From positions 21,111 through 85,110 of the forward strand of contig ONNZ01000002.1 in the NCBI GenBank assembly GCA_900319345.1: a stretch of DNA of 64,000 nucleotides, written 5' to 3'. How positions within the stretch are numbered: the first letter of the stretch is position 1; each line of letters starts with the position of its first letter. The stretch is from an uncultured Eubacteriales bacterium. Its GTDB lineage: Bacteria; Bacillota; Clostridia; Christensenellales; CAG-138. Under the pieces are notes generated by a model. It searched no databases and was not told the DNA's origin. It saw nothing but the letters and a program-made list of their open reading frames with translations. Of this stretch, positions 46,044-52,606 are shown in pieces. Position numbers and translations under genes: made by a program.

Positions 46044-47486
46044 ATGAAAAGAATCTGCATGTTTATTCTGGTTGTCCTGTTTTTATGCGTCGGCTGTCAG
46101 CCCACGCCGGAGCAGGAATATGTGATAAACAAGAGGGACAACGATCTGGGGCAGAAGGTGGAGGCAAGGAGCGATCTGAAAGCCCAAACGTTTCCCAGCC
46201 GCTGGGAGCAGGAAGCCACAGAGGTGCGCCAGGGGCTCACCGTCCGGGTGGATGCGGACATTCTGCAGAAGGCGGACGGCCTCTACCCCGTATACCGGAC
46301 CCGTGGCGCGGACATCACCATTGACGACGCTGCGGCGTGGGCAGGGAAGCTCCTCCCCGCACCGGTGTCCCGGACCGATCGGGAATGGACCAAGGCACAA
46401 TGGGAAAAGGAGCTGCAGGATTATCTGCAGCGGATCGACGATCTCAAGGCCTGGATCGCCGCCGGCCGCCCCTACGACGGGGTGGACCGGGACGAATATC
46501 TGCCGGACCCAGAGGAGATCGAGGAACAGACGAATCAATATATGGAGCTGATTCAAAAGGCTCCGGATAAGAACAAGACCACCCCTCTCTCCGACTTTCG
46601 GGACATGCCCAAGGGGCAAGGCTACGCCTACGCCCTGTCCGACGGGTCCACCGCCTATATCAGCTGGGACGAGGACTACGTCCAGATCGGCAAGGGTTGC
46701 CGCCGGGACGCCTATATCTATTACAACTATTACTATGAGGACGAGAAGGACATGGACGATTCCCCCTATGCGCCTCTGTGGCAGGACGTGACCATGACCC
46801 GGGGGGCGGCGGAGGCGGTCCTCCAAAGGGAGCTGCAGCGGCTGGGCTTTGAGGATTTCTCCATCTTCGGTGCCTTTCCCGCCAATCTCATGGACGCGGG
46901 CGGCATGGGCGATTCGGATCGGGTGGCCGTGGGCTGGTCCTTCCATCTGAAGCGGAACCCGGGCGGCTACCCCACCGTGGACGTGCCCTATGAGCCCGCC
47001 CAGGAGCTAAACTACGGCGCCACCGATGAGTTCACCGCGAGCCCCCATATGCGGGAGGAGACGCTGGAGCTGATGGTGGACGAGCGAGGCGTGCAATGCT
47101 TCCTGTTCAGCGCCAAAAAGGAGATCGCCGGCATTGAGAACACTAACGTGGAGCTGCTGCCCTTTGAAGAGGCGAAGACCCGGATCCTCAACGCCTTCGC
47201 TATGTGCTACCCCACCTACGACTGGAACAAGGACAAGGATCTGAGGCTGGAGATCTATCGGGTGCTCATCACCTCCTACACCCTGCGCCTGCCCAACAGC
47301 GAGGACCGCCGTGAGGTGCCCTGCTATGTGGTGTTCTATGACGACAGCATCAACTATTCGGACCCCTCCCAGCCCAACTATGAACAGAACCGGGACCGGG
47401 TGCGGAACGATCCCAATCTGATGCACGACTGCCTGTTCATCAACGCGGTGGACGGGTCTGTCATCCACACGGACTGGGGCTGGTGA
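46044..47486 (+). CDS. Lipoprotein paralog 2, unknown function
   Basis: MKRICMFILVVLFLCVGCQPTPE; C-terminus ...CLFINAVDGSVIHTDWGW. The 13-nt gap contains GGAG. Confidence 0.8.
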   Translation: MKRICMFILVVLFLCVGCQPTPEQEYVINKRDNDLGQKVEARSDLKAQTFPSRWEQEATEVRQGLTVRVDADILQKADGLYPVYRTRGADITIDDAAAWAGKLLPAPVSRTDREWTKAQWEKELQDYLQRIDDLKAWIAAGRPYDGVDRDEYLPDPEEIEEQTNQYMELIQKAPDKNKTTPLSDFRDMPKGQGYAYALSDGSTAYISWDEDYVQIGKGCRRDAYIYYNYYYEDEKDMDDSPYAPLWQDVTMTRGAAEAVLQRELQRLGFEDFSIFGAFPANLMDAGGMGDSDRVAVGWSFHLKRNPGGYPTVDVPYEPAQELNYGATDEFTASPHMREETLELMVDERGVQCFLFSAKKEIAGIENTNVELLPFEEAKTRILNAFAMCYPTYDWNKDKDLRLEIYRVLITSYTLRLPNSEDRREVPCYVVFYDDSINYSDPSQPNYEQNRDRVRNDPNLMHDCLFINAVDGSVIHTDWGW

Positions 47487-47499
47487 AAGGAGTGTATAT

Positions 47500-48960
47500 A
47501 TGCGTATATTATGTATTTTTATTCTTCTATTCCTGTTGATATTCGCCGGCTGCCAGCCTACGCCGGAGGTGGAGCCGGTGATCCACAAGAACGAGGGAAC
47601 GCTGGAGCAGCAGATCAGCGCCACAGCGGCGCCGGCCTACCGGATCACCATCGACGCGGAGGAACAGAAGGAGACGGCAGCCTCGGCCACCGAGACCGTG
47701 GAAGCCACCGTCGCGCCCAGGGAGAACACCCTGCGGGAAGCCGTAGGCGCGCCGGAACGGGTGCAGGACAGCTTCGATGGGCCGGCGGTGGGAGATCAGC
47801 TGTATATAGAGATGGATGCGAAGGTGGAGGTGCCCAATGTGGAGAAGGTGCCCGTGCTGCGGGGCCAGGTGGGGTACGCGCCAGAGCAGGCGGCGGAGCG
47901 GATCACCAAGCTTCTCTTGGGGGACGGCCCCTATGTCCGCCCCGGTCACAGCGAACGGGCGTATAACCAGCTATTTATGGAGTACTATCAGAAGTGGATC
48001 GAGGCCCTGGACCAGAAGCCCTACGGCGCCGGGGCGGACTACGACCGGATACAGCAGAATCTGCAGCAGAACTTCGACGCCCACGCCGAGGGCTTCCGCA
48101 ACGCTGACACCAGCTATGATCGGCCCAGTCAGCCCTGGACCGGGAGCTTCGACGACGCCATAGAAAAAGGCATCAGCATCAGCAACGGAGAGCGAAGCGT
48201 CGGCATGGTTGCCGGCAACACCCACTTCTCCTACAGCGCGGGCAGCCACCCCTCCCTTTACGGCTGGATGGACTGCCCCCGGGGACCTCGGGATGAAGAG
48301 GAGGAACGGGACTTGCAGAACGCCGCAGACTTTGCGAACGCTTTGGGCTGCGCTCAGGTGATCCCCCAGTACATCATCGACGCGGACGAGGACACCCGGG
48401 TGCGCAACCAGGTGGAGACCGGCTATGACAGCGGCTACAAGCACTTCACCCTGCTGCCCGTCTACGAGGGCATCCCCGTGTACCCCTACACCACCATGTA
48501 CGGCTCCGACACGGGGCGGCAGGCGGCGGGGATCCCCTTCGCCCAGAACCTGGAGCAGGAGGAGATCTTCGGCACCCTGTACGAGGGGGAGGTGATCAGC
48601 CTCCAATGGAACAGCCCCTTCACGGTGCTCTCCGTGGAGAACGAGAATGTGCCGCTGCTCTCCTTCGAGCGGATCATGGAGATATTCAAGCGCCAGGTGT
48701 TCATGAGCGTGTATTGCGACCAGGGCCACCCCATCACCTACAAGATCACGGCCATCCAGTTCTCCTATATGCGGGTGCAGATCCCGGACAGCAACGACTA
48801 CTACCTGCTCCCCGTGTGGGACTTTACGGGCTATATGGTCTACGACTGGCAGATGAGCCCCGGGGACATGGCGGTGGCCCGGGGATTCTTCCACAGCATG
48901 TCCATCCTGACCATCAACGCCGTGGACGGCAGCGTCTTGGACCGGTTTTTGGGGTATTGA
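47500..48960 (+). CDS. Lipoprotein paralog 3, unknown function
   Basis: MRILCIFILLFLLIFAGCQPTPE; C-terminus ...YYLLPVWDFTGY...SILTINAVDGSVLDRFLGY. The 13-nt gap contains GGAG. Confidence 0.8.
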   Translation: MRILCIFILLFLLIFAGCQPTPEVEPVIHKNEGTLEQQISATAAPAYRITIDAEEQKETAASATETVEATVAPRENTLREAVGAPERVQDSFDGPAVGDQLYIEMDAKVEVPNVEKVPVLRGQVGYAPEQAAERITKLLLGDGPYVRPGHSERAYNQLFMEYYQKWIEALDQKPYGAGADYDRIQQNLQQNFDAHAEGFRNADTSYDRPSQPWTGSFDDAIEKGISISNGERSVGMVAGNTHFSYSAGSHPSLYGWMDCPRGPRDEEEERDLQNAADFANALGCAQVIPQYIIDADEDTRVRNQVETGYDSGYKHFTLLPVYEGIPVYPYTTMYGSDTGRQAAGIPFAQNLEQEEIFGTLYEGEVISLQWNSPFTVLSVENENVPLLSFERIMEIFKRQVFMSVYCDQGHPITYKITAIQFSYMRVQIPDSNDYYLLPVWDFTGYMVYDWQMSPGDMAVARGFFHSMSILTINAVDGSVLDRFLGY

Positions 48961-48977
48961 TTATTTTTGGCAGCCCC

Positions 48978-49006
48978 TTGCAAAATGAATACAGCCATGA
49001 TATTAT
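48978..49006 (+). promoter_or_regulatory. SigA promoter for yitT
   Basis: TTGCAA (48978..48983), 17 nt, TATTAT (49001..49006). Confidence 0.55.
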
Positions 49007-49040
49007 ACAGGCTGTCAATTCGTTCAGGGGGCAAGAAACA

Positions 49041-49916
49041 GTGGAAAAGCTGAAAAAATCGGTTTGCATACAGGAATGGGGCAAGGACATCCTGGCGGAC
49101 GTGCTGGGGGCGTTGCTCTACGGCGCGGGCGTGTACGTGTTCGCCGTGAACGCCAACTTCGCGCCGGGCGGGATCACGGGTCTTGCCATATTGGTAAACC
49201 ACTTCTTCCCCTTCCTGCCCATCGGCACCCTGACCGTCATCATCAACATCCCGGTCATCCTGCTGTGCTATGCGTACCTGGGCAAGAAGTATTTGGTGAA
49301 GTCCATCCTCTCCATGGGCATCATCGCCTTCGTGCTGGACGTGATCTACCCCCACGTGCCCGCCTACACCGGGGACCCGCTGCTGGCGGCCCTGTTCGCG
49401 GGCGTGATCTCCGGGGTGGGCCTCGCGCTCATCTACGCACGAGGCTACTGCACCGGCGGGTCTGACTTCATCATCATGGCCATCCGCAAGAAGTTCCCTC
49501 ACCTGTCCGTGGGCTCCATCACGCTGATCATCGACGGCTGCATCATCCTGGCGGGCGGGTTCGTGTTCGGCCGGGTGGACGCGGTGCTGCAGGGCATCGT
49601 CATGACCGGGGCCAGCACGGTCATGATCGACAAGATCCTCTACGGTGCCGGCTCCGGCAAGCGCATCACCGTCATCACCGACAAGGGCCAGGAGGTGGCG
49701 GACGCCATCGGGACCCAGCTCCACCGGGGTGTGACCATGATGAAGGTGGTGGGCGCCTACTCCGGGCTCGAGCACACCATGCTCCTCTGCGCCTGCTCCA
49801 ACTCCGAAGGGTACCGGGTGAAGAAGCTGGTCTACTCCATCGACCCCAAGGCCCTCATCATGATCTCCCCCAACGACGAGGTCTTCGGCGAGGGGTTCAA
49901 GAGTCCCGAGGATTGA
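49041..49916 (+). CDS. YitT-family membrane protein (DUF2179 C-terminal domain)
   Basis: GAGVYVFAVNANFAPGGITGLAILVNHF... No in-frame ATG lies near the conserved N-terminus. I chose the GTG at 49041, which has GGGGG 9 nt upstream. The track ORF start at 48606 overlaps lipoprotein 3. Confidence 0.75.
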   Translation: MEKLKKSVCIQEWGKDILADVLGALLYGAGVYVFAVNANFAPGGITGLAILVNHFFPFLPIGTLTVIINIPVILLCYAYLGKKYLVKSILSMGIIAFVLDVIYPHVPAYTGDPLLAALFAGVISGVGLALIYARGYCTGGSDFIIMAIRKKFPHLSVGSITLIIDGCIILAGGFVFGRVDAVLQGIVMTGASTVMIDKILYGAGSGKRITVITDKGQEVADAIGTQLHRGVTMMKVVGAYSGLEHTMLLCACSNSEGYRVKKLVYSIDPKALIMISPNDEVFGEGFKSPED

Positions 49917-49975
49917 CCTTGACGGCCCGGCCCCGAGGGGATAAGATGAAAATAGGACACAAGGAGGACGAAGAT

Positions 49976-50293
49976 ATGGCCCACAGCGAAGCCTTTTACA
50001 AGAAGCCCGAGGAGTGCCACTACTCCTTCTTCCAGCACAAGGAATGCGAGTTCTTCCCCTGCCACAAGACGGATCACCCGGAGGACTTCAACTGCCTGTT
50101 CTGCTACTGCCCCCTGTTCGCCCTGGGGAAGAAGTGCAAGGGCAACTTCCGGTACACGGAAAACGGCGTGAAGGACTGCTCGAACTGCCTCATCCCCCAC
50201 ACCCGCAAGAGCTATTCCTACATCATCTCCCGGTTCCCGGAGCTCATGGAGGTGGCGAAGGAGCAGGACCGGGCGGAAGATGAAAAGGCCTGA
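49976..50293 (+). CDS. Cysteine-rich small metal-binding-domain protein
   Basis: I chose the ATG at 49976, which has AAGGAGG upstream. The sequence is MAHSEAFYKKPEECHYSFFQHKECEFFPCHKTDHPEDFNCLFCYCPLFALGKKCKGNFRYTENGVKDCSNCLIPH. Confidence 0.7.
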   Translation: MAHSEAFYKKPEECHYSFFQHKECEFFPCHKTDHPEDFNCLFCYCPLFALGKKCKGNFRYTENGVKDCSNCLIPHTRKSYSYIISRFPELMEVAKEQDRAEDEKA

Positions 50294-50302
50294 AAAAAAC
50301 TC

Positions 50303-50331
50303 TTGCATTCTAAAATGAAATAGTGTATTAT
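50303..50331 (+). promoter_or_regulatory. SigA promoter for tRNA-Ser
   Basis: TTGCAT (50303..50308), 17 nt, TATTAT (50326..50331), with TGt immediately upstream. It lies 16 nt before the tRNA 5' end. Confidence 0.65.
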
Positions 50332-50347
50332 ACCCATCGGACCCTGT

Positions 50348-50438
50348 GCAGAGATGGCTGAGCTGGTCTAAGGCGCACGACTGGAAATCGTGTATACTAG
50401 GAATAGTATCGAGGGTTCGAATCCCTCTCTCTGCGCCA
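50348..50438 (+). tRNA. tRNA-Ser (anticodon GGA), long variable arm, CCA encoded
   Basis: gcagagatggctgagctggtctaaggcgcacgactGGAaatcgtgtatactaggaatagtatcgagggttcgaatccctctctctgcgcca. Confidence 0.9.
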
Positions 50439-50439
50439 C

Positions 50440-50477
50440 AAAAATGACACCCCAATTTGGGGTGTCATTTTTGTTTT
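50440..50477 (+). terminator. Rho-independent terminator after tRNA-Ser (hairpin 1)
   Basis: atgacacccc-aattt-ggggtgtcat followed by ttttgtttt. Confidence 0.85.
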
Positions 50478-50498
50478 GGCGCAGAGAGAGGGATTCGA
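50477..50498 (-). repeat. Exact inverted copy of the last 22 nt of tRNA-Ser
   Basis: tggcgcagagagagggattcga is the reverse complement of 50417..50438. Confidence 0.9.
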
Positions 50499-50511
50499 TG
50501 GGCGGGTCTTA

Positions 50512-50536
50512 GCAAAGGCCACAGTGCGGCCTTTGC
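50512..50536. other. Perfect 9-bp stem-loop
   Basis: gcaaaggcc-acagtgc-ggcctttgc. Confidence 0.7.
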
Positions 50537-50566
50537 CCCTGCCCTGCCCGAGGCCGCAGCCGAGAA

Positions 50567-50580
50567 GAATCCCTCTCTCT
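50567..50580 (+). repeat. Second direct copy (14 nt) of the tRNA-Ser T-arm/acceptor 3' segment
   Basis: gaatccctctctct is identical to 50419..50432. Confidence 0.75.
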
Positions 50581-50581
50581 C

Positions 50582-50618
50582 AAAAAGGGCACCCCCTTGC
50601 GGGGTGCCCATTTTGTTT
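50582..50618 (+). terminator. Terminator-like hairpin 2, a diverged copy of hairpin 1
   Basis: gggcacccc-cttgc-ggggtgccc followed by attttgttt. It shares the acccc...ggggtg core with hairpin 1. Confidence 0.6.
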
Positions 50619-50623
50619 ATTTA

Positions 50624-50640
50624 GCGCAGAGAGAGGGATT
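50624..50640 (-). repeat. Second inverted copy (17 nt) of the tRNA-Ser 3' end
   Basis: gcgcagagagagggatt is the reverse complement of 50420..50436. Confidence 0.8.
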
Positions 50641-50665
50641 GCGCCACCGCTCACACGCAAACCCC

Positions 50666-52009
50666 TCATCTACCGCAAGCGGTCCCCCTTCCCCCGAGGG
50701 GAAAGGCATTTTCACGCTCCGGCAGCAGCAGAAACGCCACCGCCCACGCCGCTAAAACCACAAGGAACACCGCCTGAAGCGGCATTTTGGAAATGAGCTG
50801 TTCCATTTCATAGGGAGCGAGGTGCCCCATAACACTCTGTAAAAAATGGAGCAGGATGGGTATAAGAATGTTGTGGGAATGCAGATACATCGCCGCCATG
50901 GCGAGGCCGAACACACCCATGAACAGAAGAGAGGACTGATTCAATCCCAACAGTGTCGTTGCACCATAGACCCCGCCGCAAAGCAGGCCGTAAAGCAACC
51001 GCCGCTTTCCGCTCCGCTCCCCTTGCCGATAATACCCTTCCAGCAGGAGCGCAAATAGCAGCTCCGTGAAAAAGGCGTCGGTAAACTGCTGCCCCATAAG
51101 CTGTTCAATGATCAGGTTCCAGGGAATTTCTCTCCGCCATGCGGCCCAATAGTCTGCCGGTGTCCCGGTGAACAGCACCACGATCTCCACCAACAGAAAA
51201 ATGATCACGCCGCCGCCCGCCAACAGAGCAGGGCCGACATTTCGCGTGTGGACGATCTCGCGATAGCTGCCCTTGTCGAAATACTTCACTAAGATCCACA
51301 GTGTCACCAAGCCAAAACCAAGGCGCAACAGGATGTCCAGCAGCAGACGGGTCGCGGGCTCCTGAGCGAACCCCTGCGCCATATACTCGGCGCTCACGAA
51401 CCCCAGGCAGATCAGCACCGCCATCCAAAACCCGCCCCGGGGCCGCCAGCGATCCTGCCGCTGCTCCGCCATGCCCGCTTCCCATTCGGGGTCCATCTTT
51501 CGGATGACCTTGTCAAACACCCGGCTCTCTGCATAGGTCATCATGCGGTTATACAGCACCACATAGAAGGCCATCAGCAGGAGGCCAGCCGTAAACGTGA
51601 TGAGAAAGATGTTCACGCCTTTATACTTCAGGGCCAGGAGTATCACCAGCCAGCAGACAACGCAGCAAGCCATGGTGAACATATTGTCTTTGCGCCATTT
51701 GCGCTTGAAGAAGGCCAATCGTTCCTCGATGGTAAAGGGGCTTTCTGACAGGGCCGATTTTATATTCTCCTCCGCCCTTTCCCGATAGGTCTCTTCCGTG
51801 AGCCTTTCCCCACTCAGTATTTCATTGATGGAGACGCTGTACCGTTCGCTTAAGCGTTGCAGCATCTCCACCGGCGGCAAGTAAGTGCCCGTCTCCCACC
51901 GGGACACCGTCTTATTGGAAACGCCCAGGGATTCTCCCAGCTCCTCCTGAGTGAGGTCGTTTTCCTTTCGAAGCTCCGCTAAAAAGGCGCCAATGCGCGT
52001 TATGTCCAT
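50666..52009 (-). CDS. XRE-family HTH fused to a polytopic membrane region ending in a degenerate CPBP (CAAX-protease)-like domain
   Basis: 447 aa. N-terminus: MDITRIGAFLAELRKENDLTQEELGESLGVSNKTVSRWETGTYLPPVEMLQRLSERYSVSINEIL (HTH_3). Multiple TM helices follow. The C-terminus resembles CPBP motifs, but the key residues are changed: FTELLFALLLEGYY, VYGATT and ILLHFLQS. GC is lower than the flanks; I counted 29/60 in 51601..51660. Confidence 0.7.
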   Translation of the reverse strand: MDITRIGAFLAELRKENDLTQEELGESLGVSNKTVSRWETGTYLPPVEMLQRLSERYSVSINEILSGERLTEETYRERAEENIKSALSESPFTIEERLAFFKRKWRKDNMFTMACCVVCWLVILLALKYKGVNIFLITFTAGLLLMAFYVVLYNRMMTYAESRVFDKVIRKMDPEWEAGMAEQRQDRWRPRGGFWMAVLICLGFVSAEYMAQGFAQEPATRLLLDILLRLGFGLVTLWILVKYFDKGSYREIVHTRNVGPALLAGGGVIIFLLVEIVVLFTGTPADYWAAWRREIPWNLIIEQLMGQQFTDAFFTELLFALLLEGYYRQGERSGKRRLLYGLLCGGVYGATTLLGLNQSSLLFMGVFGLAMAAMYLHSHNILIPILLHFLQSVMGHLAPYEMEQLISKMPLQAVFLVVLAAWAVAFLLLPERENAFPLGGRGTACGR

Positions 52010-52087
52010 TCGTCATTCCTCCTGTTTGGTGCCTTTCAATATACCACGGAACCCCCGCTTTGTCCTCCCCATAAACAGCGAATCCAT

Positions 52088-52110
52088 GAAAAAGCGCCCC
52101 GAAAGGCGCT
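52088..52110 (-). terminator. Rho-independent terminator, apparently the original terminator of the THUMP methyltransferase gene
   Basis: Minus strand: AGCGCC-tttcgg-GGCGCT followed by TTTTTCATGG. Confidence 0.75.
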
Positions 52111-52120
52111 TTGGACTGGT

Positions 52121-52192
52121 CTATTCTCCCTTCCCCCTCACCCGCTCCGGGAAATACTGATAGAAGGTGCAGGGCATGCCGCCTCGCCTCAT
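52121..52192 (-). pseudogene. Displaced 3'-terminal remnant of the THUMP methyltransferase gene
   Basis: It translates as MRRGGMPCTFYQYFPERVRGKGE*. The live gene ends ...SNGGLPCTFYQYFPERVREI*. The remnant begins immediately after the TAA of the small AT-rich ORF. Confidence 0.75.
52135..52183 (-). repeat. Direct repeat R1 (49 nt), partner of 52611..52659
   Basis: An ungapped hand alignment gives 39/49 identical. Of the 10 differences, 9 are synonymous in the methyltransferase frame. Confidence 0.8.
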
Positions 52193-52606
52193 TTAGTGGA
52201 ACAGTATGAGCAAAAGCTGCTGCACTTTGAAGGCAATATTATTATAACGGGACAGAAAATAGCTATAACAAGATGCGCCAATACGTTCGTCTCCTGCATA
52301 CTCGTATATAATGTAACGCGTATCCTCCATACAGCAGATAGCAGAATCATTTGTCCATCGATAGGCCTTCCGATAACGTTCAATGCGTTTTGGCTCACTG
52401 ACTGTGCCGATCCATTCGCTTTCGCGTGTATCATCAGAATACGTGTAGATTTCAAGTCGATCTATTTCTTCAGGCAATGGTTCGCTATACAGCGGCCCAG
52501 AATCAAGGCCAAATTCATTTGCGAACCAAAGAAGCAGCCCGGAGAACAGAACGAGCAGCACGATAAATGCCTCCATTATAGGAGATAATTGCTTTTTGGT
52601 TTTCAT
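52193..52606 (-). CDS. AT-rich small membrane-anchored hypothetical protein (137 aa)
   Basis: The ATG at 52606 overlaps the methyltransferase stop as ATGA. N-terminus: MKTKKQLSPIMEAFIVLLVLFSGLLLWFANEF, followed by about 100 aa of soluble sequence with 4 Cys. I counted 22/60 G+C in 52201..52260, against 46/60 in 53001..53060. Confidence 0.65.
   Translation of the reverse strand: MKTKKQLSPIMEAFIVLLVLFSGLLLWFANEFGLDSGPLYSEPLPEEIDRLEIYTYSDDTRESEWIGTVSEPKRIERYRKAYRWTNDSAICCMEDTRYIIYEYAGDERIGASCYSYFLSRYNNIAFKVQQLLLILFH

Noticed and set aside
49832-50455. 207-aa minus-strand ORF spanning the Cys-rich gene and tRNA-Ser.
   Set aside because: It overlaps a well-folded tRNA-Ser(GGA) and a plus-strand gene with a good RBS, and it has no recognisable motifs.
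52075-52113. gaatcc followed by an aaaaag-hairpin, resembling the tRNA-Ser end-plus-hairpin units and hinting at a second island boundary.
   Set aside because: Only 6 nt of tRNA-like sequence are shared. The hairpin is fully explained as the original terminator of the methyltransferase gene.
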